Below the pieces are notes generated by a model. That model did not search any database. It had not been told where the DNA came from and worked only from the letters and a program-made list of their open reading frames with translations. This document shows positions 39,878 to 51,865 of a DNA stretch of 64,000 nucleotides, piece after piece (positions within the stretch are counted from its first letter, which is position 1; every line of letters begins with the position of its first letter). Source of the DNA: Takakia lepidozioides (lineage: Eukaryota; Plantae; Bryophyta); the NCBI GenBank assembly GCA_030704615.1, contig CM060733.1, positions 46,810,001 to 46,874,000 of the forward strand, read 5' to 3'. A program made the translations under genes and the position numbers.

Positions 39878-42800
39878 TTGAATCGCCCAACTTGGGGCGA
39901 GAGGGCAAACTTAAACCTTTTGTTGGTGGACGGGAGGACTTGCAACGAGAGTACGACAGAAAAGGCATTGGGGAGGTTGGTGCAGGCGGCATGGCAGGTG
40001 AAGGGCGTGAGCACACGAGATCCGGCAATGGAGGTTGTTCATGCACATGCAGTAGGGCCCGCCCACGCAAAGAAAAAGAAGAAAGCTAAGCACATGCAAT
40101 CCCCGGCGAGAGAGCCGTCACGGGCTGCGGAGGGGGGAGTGAGCAGTGCGCGCGAGGGTGTCAGTTCGCCTCAATCAAAGGTGGTCGTCCTGGAGGGCTC
40201 CCCTGCTGCTAGCCCTAGTAAGAAACAGAAAGCCCGTGAGAGGGCAAAAGAGAGGGCAAAAGAACAGACGAGACAGAATGCTAGCCAGGAGGAAAGAGAA
40301 AAGGCAGCTGAAGAGGCCAGGGGTGCCCAAATGACAGATGCCAATGTAAGCGAGGGACGCACAGAGACGGTGGATCCCTCCAAGACACCACAGAGAGGCA
40401 GTAACACACCGGTTAGACCATCGCGGGCAAGAGCAGCCCCTGCAATTACCCATACGGTGGAGAGTGGAGGAGAGGAAAGAACACCAGAAAGAGCACGGAT
40501 TGTGCAAGTTCGAGGTGAAGCCAGGGAGAGGGCAGTAGAGACAGGGAGAGTGCTGGAGGTGGTTTCGTAGGTGGCTGACCCTGTTGAGGAGGACGACAGG
40601 GAGCTTTCTGACCAGGATGACATCCTCCCGGACATCCCCAGGCCCCAAACCCGGAGCATACAGGCTGGATTTGGTGGTCCTGCTGGGCTGCCGGAAAACC
40701 CCTCTGCAGCAGACGTCATGTCTGAGGCGGATATGAAGTTGGCCGCTGCCAAGATGTTGGAGGCAACCCACAGCAACATTGGCAGGGTGCTGGGGGGCAT
40801 GGTGTACCCGGCCAAGCTTCGAATTCCCCTTTGCCGCTTGGTGTCATTGCAGGTGGTGAGACCTGCCCTCCCAGGCGATATCGACAAGCTGAAATTCTCT
40901 TTCCGAGATGGATATCGAATGGGGTCTGCCGCGTTTTACGTTTCCATTGAGAACGACCACGGAGCTTCCCGTGCCCACACTTCCGATGAGGTGGACAAAT
41001 GGGGTCCCCATTGGCAAACGCGAAATGAGGAGTTCGAGAGATCGATTGCTAGTGATCCTCTTTTCCAGCACTTGTCCGGTAAGATGTTCTACGTGTGGGA
41101 CGGCAATCATCGCCTCCTGGCATGGATGGAGCACATTGCCCAAGCCCACCCCAACAACCTCGATTGGCATTTCGCCGTGGATTGTGTTGTGCTGAAGGTT
41201 GCGGGGCCCAAAGATCGCAATCTTCTCAAAGCTGCAATGGCCGACATCAACTCGTAAGCTACAACCCCTCTCGCTTTTGGACTTTGAATTTGGAAGTCAT
41301 TTCATTGCGAATCCTCATATATGATGGAAATTCCCATTTGAGTATTGTTTGATGGAAATGTGGCACTGCAGGGTGACTGAGAATGCCTTCATTGCCACCA
41401 ACTTGTCCCATATGCTCTTCCGAGTGAAGGATGTCGGGAAGCAGGGGTGCAAGAGTTTGCCAATTCCCTCAGTGCCGACCTCCTGCGCAAGTCGGAGGCA
41501 AAGGCAGACAGAACCTGGTATAGGCTGAGCGTCGACGCCATGGTGGACTACATATTTCGGGTAAAGCTCCTGACAGTTTTGTTGAGCTAATCTGTCTCTC
41601 CTCCCCCAATAGAAGAAAAGGTCTTCACCGTGATTTCTAATCTCCTCCCCCAATAGAATAAATTGTGTTGAGCAGGATCTCTAATCTTATGTGCGCATTC
41701 TTGACAGACGAAAATACAGCAGGATTTGGCACATGCGCGGAGGTTCTACATGGAGTCAGAGGAGAAGAATCCAACCCTCCCGGAACTCGAATCGTATGTC
41801 AAAGCTGCGGAGGTGAGGGCCCGCATAAAGTACAAGTCGCGGATGGTAAAGTACGTGGCCATAGCTGATCCCGCCCTTGGTGCCGACTTTCTGGTGGAGG
41901 TGGGGAAGCACTACTCTCGCGCTCTGAAGCCCACGATGACATTGGAGAAGCTCCATCGTCTAGCCACATCCTGTGTGGATGCAACAGAAAAGGTGATACA
42001 TTCTTAACCAAATTGTGGTGGCAACAACTCCTTTTTGTGGTGTTTGGCGCTTACGAATATGCTGGGTGGTTGGACAGACCCGGTGGCTCCAAATCTGGAA
42101 CGGTTCCCAAAGTACCAGGGACATGTGGAGCTTCCCCAAACCGGACAAACTCTCTGACCCCACATTCGACATGTGGATGAACCGCATGACATGGTGGTTT
42201 CAGGTACTTCCCCACGCTTCGTTTGGGGCTTCTACTCTAGTAGGGGGTGGATTCATTGTATTTTTTCAGGAAAGCGATCTGATGGAGAATTCCACAGGTG
42301 ACGACGAATGCGCAAGAGCAGCTGGACACACAAGCACATCAGTTCAAGATGGAGATATCTCTTGCAGCAGAGAGCCTACGTGACTATGTGACGAGGTACT
42401 TTCTGCTCTACAAAACCAACCTATTCTTTCGGGAGATAGCAGATGCTCGCCGGAGCCACGAGTTCACCGACCAGCCGAACGCGGACAAAGCAGCAATGCG
42501 CCTTCTGTACAGGTACATACGCGCTGCCTTTCTTTCAAGTCCTTGCATTTCAGGATGTTAGAGGCCTCATGTGGTGTTAGGGAAAATGGCGCCGAATTTC
42601 CAGTCAGGGCTCCGAAAATGGATAAGTCCCTAGACTGGCTGGCCTTGAACTGGAAATTCGGCGCCATTTTCCAGTTGTAGGCCCTATTGCCGTTCAGGGA
42701 CTTGGCCATTTTCGGGCTAAGTCCCTAGACTGGCTGGCCCGGAACTGGGAATTCGGCGCCATTTTCCAGTTCTAGGCCCTATTGCCGTTCAGGGACTTAG

Positions 42801-45800
42801 CCATTTTCGGGCTAAGTCCCTAGGGTGGCTGGCCCGGAATTGGGAATTCGGCGCCATTTTGCAGTTCTAGGCCCTATTGCCGTTCAGGGACTTAGCCCGC
42901 TAAGTCCCTAGATTGGCTGGCCCTGAACTGGAAATTCGGCGCCATTTTGCAGTTCCAGGCCCTATTGCCGTTCAGGGACTTAGCCATTTTCGGGCTAAGT
43001 CCCTAGGGTGGCTGGCCCGGAACTGGGAATTCGGCGCCATTTTCCAGTTCCAGGCCCTATTGCCGTTCAGGGACTTAGCCATTTTCGGGCTAAGTCCCTA
43101 GACTGGCTGGCCCTGAACTGGAAATTCGGCGCCATTTTCCAGTTCCAGGCCCTATTGCCGTTCAGGGACTTAGCCATTTTCGGGCTAAGTCCCTAGGGTG
43201 GCTGGACCTGAACTGGAAATTCGGCGCCATTTTTCCAGTTCTAGGCCCTATTGCGGTTCTGGGACAGCCATCTTCGGGCCAAACCGGGAAAAATGGCGCC
43301 GAATTTCCATTCCAGGGCTCCCAAGATGGCTAAGTCCCTAGGGTGGCAGTCACCGAAAACCGAAATTCGGCGCCATTTTTCCATTTCTAGGCCCACTCAC
43401 ATCCGCCCCAACCTGGGAAAATGGTGCCGAATATGCATTTCAGGGACCTCATTGTGTTTTTCATGAATGCAGGTACTGCAAGTTCTCCCTTTTGGAGAAA
43501 GGTCATCTGTCTTTCGAGCCACCATTCTTCCTGGCATGGAGGAACCCTGGGGCTGACTCCATGTACACCGACGATATTGTGAAGGAGTGGCATCTGGAAC
43601 ATTTGCGTGATTGCCCTTGGTATGTGGACCTTCCGCCCGGCTCGCTCGACCCATCCGAGTTTCAATTGAAGCTGGATGCTGAATTCCGACGAAACCGGGC
43701 TCCGCTGCCTCCGTTGGGTGCAAAAGAGGCAAAAGCGCTTGCGAACTCTAGGAAAGCTGCAGAGCTTGCTCAGGCAGGAATTCAGGAGAAATTGCATGAG
43801 AAGAGTAAAGGCCAAAGGAAAAGGACAAGGAAACAGGTGAGTGCAGTAACACCCAAAAGAAGAAAACCATCGGGGCATCGGAGGAGGCGCAGGAGGGGAC
43901 CCAAGAGAGTGACTCGGACGATGACTTTGTTCAAGGTCCTGCGACTGCTGTTGCTCCTACCCAGTCACCGGTCGTCTGGGTTCCCAAGTCAGTTCGGAGT
44001 GGGACTGGCTCTGCCAAGAAGTTGGCATTTGAGGGCGAGCCTACACGGCGGTATTCGGCGGTGACGTTTACGCACAGGCCAAAGCTAGAACCTCCAACCA
44101 TCATCCAATGCGTCAATGAGAGCTTCCTTGACGCTCTCGCTGCCAAGGCGAAGAAGGTGGCACACAACAAGTCTCTGGCGGAGCAGAAGGGGAAAGCCAA
44201 GAAGAGGGCTAGCGGTACAGAGCCTAAAAACACCCCTGGTTTTGAAGCCATGATGGAATTCTTCACGGCTGTGAGCACGAATTGCAAGAGCACTCGGGGG
44301 GGGTTGAGGTGGAGAGAGCTTGCGACATGATTCTCCTCGACATTCTAGATGGGGAGCTGCTGGAGGGCCTGGATGGTGTGCCCACCTGGAACAGGTTTAC
44401 TGAGGACTATTGGAAAGCCGGGTTTGGGATGGCGGGGATGCTTCTGGATGACGGTGGATGTGTGGTTGTCCTTGCCACGAGAGGGAAGACCACAGAGAAT
44501 GCGGTGGCAAGGTGGACACCGAAAAGTGTCACCCCGGTCCTCCTCAGAAAATGGTTCTGCATCAGTACGCAGGGGTTGCGAACAGAGGGCCAAAGTGTAA
44601 GTTATCAATCTTTTGCATTCACCTCATATTGTGGTGTGTGTTAAGTAGACCCTGGAGTTGATCCCTTCTTTGTTGGATGTGCAGACATTGGTGTTTGAGG
44701 CATATTGCTTTGTGAAGAGAGGGTCTACGTTCAAATTTCGCAACGACGGTCGTCTTGTTGATGCCGCTGTGGACCCTGTAACCTACGATGTCCTCTACAA
44801 CTATGTGCCCCACTCCAGTATGCCGAAGGACACAAAGACAGGCAAATCGTGGCGGTACAGCCGGACCCGGAGCCCTGCTTTCATCCAAACCCTCATGGAG
44901 ACGTGCTCGGATGTCCAAGGGCGGATTCTGGACCTCACATGCGGCACGGGTAAGCCTTCACGTGCTCAGTTTGTCCCCTGGCCCGATTGCAATTGCATGC
45001 CGCAAGCTATTAACCGCCCGCTTTATTCCTCAGGTGCTTCAATGTGGGCAGGGACGTTGTCCGACAGGCATGTGTTCGCCTTCGAGCCAGATACTGCCCT
45101 CCACAACTCGGAACTTGCAGCGGCTGAACGTCTGCCGAAAGAGGAAGAGGCATCCTCGGAGGATGAGGAAAAATCCAAGAAGGAGCAGGGGGAGGAAGTT
45201 GGGATCGAGGCCGAGGAGCCCCCGGTTTACGAGTGAGTGGTGGCATTGTAAGTTGCCTCCAGATTTCGTGAGGCACCTCCCTCCCCTCTCTTATTTCATT
45301 GAAAACCCTTTCTGGTTGTGCTGGTATTGACATTCTTGAAGTGGATTTGTTCTTACTGTAGGATGCCAAGTACTGCCGGAGGGACGTCTACACCGGAGTT
45401 CATGGGCAGGAGGAACGTGCCTTTTTTTGCCAGGGGGGATTTCATGCCTAGTCCAGAAAGGGAGTACATCCTTCCTACTTATGCTGCCCGGCTTGCTTCG
45501 GTGTCCATTAGGAGGTGTTCCGAACGTAGTCGTGTACAGCAGATTTTAGACAAGGCAAGCCTCAAGAAAATGAAGATGAGGGAGGAGGCAGCAGCTATTA
45601 GAGCCCGTCGGGCCGTAGATTTGTGTTGGATTCTGCTGAGGAAAGTGGGGGAGAAGACGCAGAAGATTCCCAGGAGGTGAGGTGGACAGTCCCCCAAGGA
45701 GAGGACGGGATTTTTGAGAGGCATAGTGGAACTGATGCATCACAGAGCTCGGAGGACGAGGGGGATGAGGGGGATGAGGAAGAAGGTGGGGCAAGTTCCT

Positions 45801-45820
45801 CGGAGGGTGTAGGAGAGTAG
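39878..45820 (+). pseudogene. Multi-exon accessory gene: low-complexity N-terminus, ParB/Srx-like domain, C-terminal beta-class N4/N6 DNA methyltransferase-like domain
   Basis: LRIPLCRL..VRP...FYVWDGNHRLLAW (40800-41250); DMILLDILDG, LLDDGGCVVV, RSPAFIQTLMETCS..GRILDLTCGTG|ASMWA..SDRHVFAFEPD (44320-45100). GT-AG introns at about 41254-41370, 44597-44683 and 44949-45033. In-frame TAG at 40568 and frameshifts. True start uncertain. Confidence 0.72.
42580..43435. repeat. Array 3: about 95-bp intronic tandem units with GAATTCGGCGCCATTTT and a GGGACTTAGCC-n-GGCTAAGTCCC hairpin
   Basis: About 7 near-identical units between coding exons. Confidence 0.93.
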
Positions 45821-47104
45821 TGCCCATTCCGGCTATGACAGTTAGAACACACTTGTATAGACGTGGCTTGCCACAAATTTGCAATAAAATGTTGCATTTC
45901 AAGTCCACTGGTGCCACATTCCAACTTCACATGACCCTATTTCCGTGCCTCCTAACCCTATTTCCATGGACTCACAATGGTCTGCTCATGCTTTTTTTTT
46001 TTCCGCTCATGCTCATGCCGCTCATGAAATAGCAGCCCCCGGTTGAGTGAACCTTTGTAGTTTGGAGTGACTTTTGACATGATACTGCCAATGTGACAAC
46101 AGGAAAGAATCTAGAAACAGATAACGGAGACCACAAGAAGCTGTGGAGTGAATACTTTTCTGACCCCAGTCAACAGTGGACAATCAAGGCAAAAATGTGG
46201 ATGCCTATTGGATTACAGAGAGTAGAAGATGCAATTGAGCATAGGAATTGGTGTGATAAGTTGAGTTGGGTGTTTCCCAGAACAATTCGAGGCTTTCATT
46301 ATCATCTGCTAGCAGCAAGGCAAGGATGAATGCATGATTTGTGCAGATCAGGCATGGATAGCTGAAGGAGTAGAGATAGAGTGTGGGTCCAGAATCATCC
46401 AAGAGGGCCAACAAGAGGGCAGCTCTTTGTGTGCTTGATTCTCACTCCCATTTGGTGTTTGTCGTGGTCTCCTTGGCAAGATTTCCCACCACATCCCCTT
46501 TCTTCCAAGCAGCCAGTTGTCAACCTTGCTCTCCCATCCTTCACCCTCTTCGTCAGTGAAATACTCCCTTTCTCCTTTTTCATGTTCCAGCCATTTAGGT
46601 GGTTTCTCCCTCAATACTGCCTTCATTTGCTGCATTGCCATGCATTTACTCTCTGTGGTTTTAATTTGCTCATGCCCAACAGTTGGAAGAATTCCATGTG
46701 TTGGGCTGATTCCACTTTGAGCTGCAATTTCCATTCTTTTCAGTGCTTCTCACAGGCTGGCTTTTGCTGGAACAGGTCTGTCCTCTTCACTTAAGTTTTC
46801 CTCTCCTCATCATATCTTTTCCAAATCTGGTCACAGGCGTCCTCATTTTCTTCTGTCTCTGGCGCATCATGCTCATTCTCCTTGACTGTCCCTTGTGGTT
46901 CAGCTCTTGTTTGTGTGTCTCCATCAAAAGGACATCCTTCGTGTGGTGGAATGCTGCTCACAAGAAGTGCTTGTTGTGGGCTTCTTTGCAGGATTTTTCA
47001 GCTCTGTTCTTCCCTCTTCACCTTTCCTCCTTTCAGGTGCTCCTCCTCTCAATTCTAGTGTATTTGTTTGCTGCATTGCAGTGTGGTTCCTCCATGTGCA
47101 CATG

Positions 47105-47290
47105 ATCCATTTCTCCACAGTGTGGAGAGACGGTCTATGGCTCCCACTCTAGGGATCAAGGGAAAGATGTGGAGAGTTGTCCATAATTTGCATGCTCACA
47201 CCAAAATGTTGTGTCAACGGTTAATGGATAGAAGTCTAACTTCTATGACATAGACCAAGGTGTGGCTCAAGGATGTACCCCCTCCCCCTT
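47105..47290 (+). pseudogene. Small LINE RT fragment inside the CACTA element
   Basis: TVWRDGLW..GIKGKMWRVV...QGVAQGCTPSP. Confidence 0.6.
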
Positions 47291-48381
47291 TCATGTTGAA
47301 TTATTCAAGTAAGCTAATTGGGTGGATGCAACTCACATGTATGCTGAGTGCAGGAGCCTCGTGGATGTAGCAGGAAGCAACATCAACAATTGCACACTTG
47401 ATAAAATCGGGTACCCTAATCTTCAATACATTTCAGCCTGTTTTGTCCTCTTTTCAGAGTAGTCCCTAATTGTCCAGCGAAGGGGAGGATGTATATGGAT
47501 TATGGGTGTTGTGGTAGGGTAGCTAAAGAGGCACACAAAGTAGGGCTGGTTCTGTTTTCAGTGCACATGGTGCTACTTATAAAAGTATTCAATCAGAAAT
47601 ACAGGGTGATGAACTTGTGCCCGTGGACTGTGTTTTGAGGAGCTAGATTCTGGGACAGCAGCGCTATTTTGTAAATATGACTGGCAGTTGTTTAAGATAA
47701 TTTCTTTTTACATCTGCTGTTGGCTTCAGTGTCTCTGTTATGTCCTTTGCACTTTGTCACTTTGTTCTTTCTTGTGAATGATGGTGTGTTATGATTTTCC
47801 AAATAATATTAAAAACCAAATTCTCAAACAACTAATTTGATGCCACACGTCCAACCCAACAAACCACTTTACAGTAGGCACCATGACTACACTAACATCG
47901 CATCATACATTGACATGTGTCATATCCTTGGAAAAACACATGGCAACGAGCTCCTACAGGCATAGTCATGGGAATGACTTTAAATACATTTAAAATTTAA
48001 AATAAACTAATCATACGATGCCACGGGTCCAGATATCAACATGTTGGTAGTCAAGATAATGACTGCAATGCCTCCTCATAATATGCCACGTGTTAAATTT
48101 TGGAGATGCCATATGACGCACATCCACGAAAACCTCCTGGACTTATTAAAAAGAGACACGTGTACAGTTTGCAGCAGCACACTAAGTCATGTATGGTAGA
48201 AGTACATATGACTGCCAAATGACAGTGAGATGTATCACTTGGTTCATCTTACTGCAGTCATACGTGACCGACCATCATGTACTCATTGTATTCATTTGGT
48301 TTGCACGACTTAAAGTCATTGCAGTCATATGTACCGTTTATGACTACGGGATAGTCATATATACCGCGATCTGTTGTAGTG

Positions 48382-51331
48382 CTATTTTTGCAATCTCCCA
48401 TGTCGAGGCTTCATATATTGATATATCCACTTTGCTATTTTTCACAAATTTTCAACGACCAAAAGCACTTGAAATTCCAAATCTCCCACATGAAGGACCA
48501 ATCATTGCTCTAGGAAAGCCCACTTTGCTATTTCTCATGAATTTCCAAAGACCAAAAGTACTTGAAATTCGACATCTCCCACACCGTACGCCCAAAAAAT
48601 GTGAGACCAAGCCGGTGCACCCCTTCGCATCGAGGGCTTTCCAACGGTACCAAGCGCCATTGCTGGGGCCCCATGGTTTGGGTCATCCCAATGTGACAAA
48701 ACAAACAAAACAAACAAACAAACAAACGTCTTGCTTCATATATTGACTAGGGTAGCCTGTGCCTTTGGCACAAGTGTCCAGTGTCATCATCTAAGTCCAA
48801 GTGCAATCCCCTATGTATCCAAGTGCGTCTCCTATGTCGAGGCCCAAATGCAACCTCTAGGGTAGCCCGTGCCCAAGTATCCAGTGTCATCTAAGTCCAA
48901 GTGCCAATCCCCTATGTATCCAAGTGCGTCTCCTATGTCGAGGCCCATGCGTGAAGAATAATATATCCAAGTATGACCTCTAGGCCGGTAGCCTATGCCG
49001 TTGGCCCAAGTGTCCAGTGTCATCTAAGTCCCAATGTAATCTCCTATGTATCCAAGTGCGTCTCATATGTCAAGGCCCATGTGTGAAGAATTGAAATCCA
49101 AGCCCAAGTGCAATCTTGTATGTATCTAAGTGCTTCTCCCATCTAGAGGCCCAAGTGCGACCTCCGGTGTCCAATGTCATCTAAGTCCAAGTGCAATCCC
49201 CTATGCATCCACAGACCCTACAGTTGGGGAGATCTCCACGTCATTGGTCCAACAAAGTCCACTTTGCTATTTTTGCAATCTCCCCTGTCGAGGTTTAATA
49301 TATTGATATATCCACTTTGCTATTTTTCGGGCCTCTCATTTTTTAATAATTGGGACTTGAATGCACCTATGGGCCCCGCCAGTACGGCCCATGGGGTGAG
49401 CTCATGAACCCACCCCCCTTCCACCGGGTCTAGATTCTGAATTTTTTCTAAGTCATAGTTCTTTAACGGCGGCGGACCTTCTAGCGGACTGGCCAAACCC
49501 TCAACAGACTGACTCCAACTAGCGAGCGGACTGACCAGAGGATTGGCGAGCGGACTGACCAGCAGACCGGCGAGCGGACTGACGATTGGCGAGCGGACTG
49601 ACTCATTCCGGCAGACTGGCGAGCGGACTCACCAGCAGAATGGCGATTGACGAGCGGACTGACTGGCGACGGACTCCAACTGGCGAGCGCCTAACTCCAA
49701 CCTTCAAACCCTCCTCAAACAAAATATATATTTATAATTAACACACATTACCACCACAATGTCACCTGCCAGGATTTGAACAACAGACCTCAATTTCATC
49801 ACAAGTTGCTCTTTACCATCACACTAGCCACTGCTTTCTGCAAACTCTTAAAATAAATAAATAATTATTTACATATCTTCAGGTGTTTTGTGGGCCCAAC
49901 AAACTCGCTCCCCCTCTCGCTTCCCCTGCGCGCGCCCCGGGGCGGCTCACCCGAGCAGACTGACCCTGCAGGGTAGGGGTCGCCTCACCCTGCGCGACCC
50001 CCCGTGCCACCCGCGGACCCCGCCACAACCACATGTGCCCGCATTCAGGAAAGCCCACTTTGCTTATTTTCCCAAATTTCCAGCGACCCAAAGTACTTGA
50101 AATTCCACATCTCCCGTGCATGGACACTGTGGGTCCAAAAATCATGAGACCAAGCCGGTGCACCCCTCATCATCGAGGGGTTTCCAAAGGCACCAAGCAC
50201 CGGGCTGGGTCCCCGCGGTTTGGGAGATCTCAACGACGCTACAAAACAAAACAAAACAAACGTCTTGATTCATATATTGACTAGGATAGCTTGTGCTGTT
50301 GGCCCAAGTGTCCAGGGTCATCTAAAGCCCATGTGCAATCTCTTATGTATCCAAGTGCGTCTCCTATGTCGGGCCCATGTCGACCTCTATGGTAGCTTGT
50401 GCCGTTGGCCCATGTGTGAATAATTGAAATCTAAGACTAAGTGCAATTTCCTATGTATCCTAGTGCGTCTCCTATGTCGAGGCCCATCTAAGCCCAAGTG
50501 CAATCTTTTATGTATCCAAGTGCATCTCTCGTGTAGAGGCCCAAGTGTCCACTGTCATTTAAGCCCAAGAGCAATCTCCTATGTATCCAAGTGCGTCTCC
50601 TATGTATCCAATGACATCTGCCATGTGCGTCTCCTATGTCGAGGCCATCTAAGCCCAGTGTGCAATCTTTTATGTACCCAAATGAATCTCCCATGTAGAT
50701 GCCCAAGTGTCCACTGTCATCTAAAATCAAGTGCAATTTCATATGTATCCCAGTGCGTCTCTTATATTGAGGCCCAAGTGTGACCTCTAGTGTAGCCTAT
50801 GCCGTTGGCCCATGTGTGAAAAATTGAAGTCTAAGCCCAAGTGCAATCTTCTATTCATGTATCCAAGTGTATCTCCCATGTAGAGGTCCAAGTGTGACCT
50901 CCAGTGTGCACTGCAATCCCCAATGTATCCAAAGACCTATAGTTTGGGAGATCTCTATGTCATTGCCCACTTTGCTATTTTTGCAATCTCCCCTCTCGAG
51001 GCTTCATATATCGATATATCCACTTTGCTATTTTTTGTGAATTTCCAGCAACCAAAAATACTTGAAATTCCAAATCTCCCACATGAAGGGCCAATGCTCT
51101 AGGAAAGCCCACTTTGCTATATTTCTCGAATTTCCAATGACCCACAACAATTGAAATTCCAGATCTCCCACACCGCTGGTCCAAAAATCATGAGACCAAG
51201 CCGGTGCACCCCTCCTCACTGAGGGCTTTCCAACGACACCAAGCACCCGCGCTTGGGCCCGCGGTTTGGGAGATCTCAACGACGCTGCAAAGCAAAGCAA
51301 AACAAAACAAACGTCTCGATTCATATATTGA
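48382..51331 (-). mobile_element. Tandem non-autonomous Helitron-like array
   Basis: Minus-strand 5' end TCAATATATGAA; 3' hairpin TGTGCC-nnn-GGCACA about 10 nt before CTAG; CTAG|TC junctions at 48746/47 and 50280/81. Confidence 0.75.
49480..49695 (+). repeat. GGCGAGCGGACTGA short-repeat cluster
   Basis: About 8 copies within a GC-rich insert in the Helitron array. Confidence 0.85.
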
Positions 51332-51865
51332 TATAGCCTGTAGGCCAGAATCTAATTGTGCATATTACAAAATTAAATAATTATAGGGTGGATGAAGAAA
51401 GAAAAAAGAAAAATAATACCCCCATAGAAAATACCTCTTTATCACACGTGATTCTTCCCCGGGGTCTCGGGCTAGTCGGTAGCCCAAACTACTAAGGATA
51501 TCAAAATTAGACAGACCCTCAAACTTTAATATACACAATACGTGCAAGACAATCAATGAAATTAACACATTTCTTGGCCATACCAATAATATCCTCGAGC
51601 TTTCTATCTACGACAATACTATTATTCACATCGTCCAAAATTAACATGATACTAAAATATTCTGACATATCATGAATTGTTGTTCTACTAGATTATACTA
51701 AAAAACTAGCCTTGAGAATGGAATTCAACGTATAAACATCATAAGCATTGTGAGACCTTGTCAAGACTCAAAAGTGTTTTGCTCTCAGCTAGTAGTTCTA
51801 CAATCATATGTTCATTGCATCTCGACTAGAGGAAGTTAGACTATATCTTTCTAGCGGTTTAAAGT

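Larger units (their letters stand above)
33344..46040. mobile_element. 12.7-kb Mutator-like DNA transposon with two divergent genes
   Basis: TIR core TGCTATTTCATGAGC at both ends; GGTTGAGTGA duplicated at 33334-43 and 46041-50 (TSD 8-10 bp depending on end placement); interrupts a recognisable repeat unit. Confidence 0.92.
31855..48381. mobile_element. Non-autonomous CACTA element (about 3.8 kb) carrying gene fragments and a nested 12.7-kb MULE
   Basis: About 29-bp TIRs CACTACAACAGA(A/T)CGCGGTATAT; 3-bp TSD CTA (31852-54 and 48382-84); TGACTAC subterminal repeats. Confidence 0.93.

Noticed and set aside
33344-46040. Bacterial or phage contamination explaining the ParB/MTase gene
   Set aside because: Both genes have GT-AG introns and the unit sits between a TSD inside plant PPR-associated sequence.
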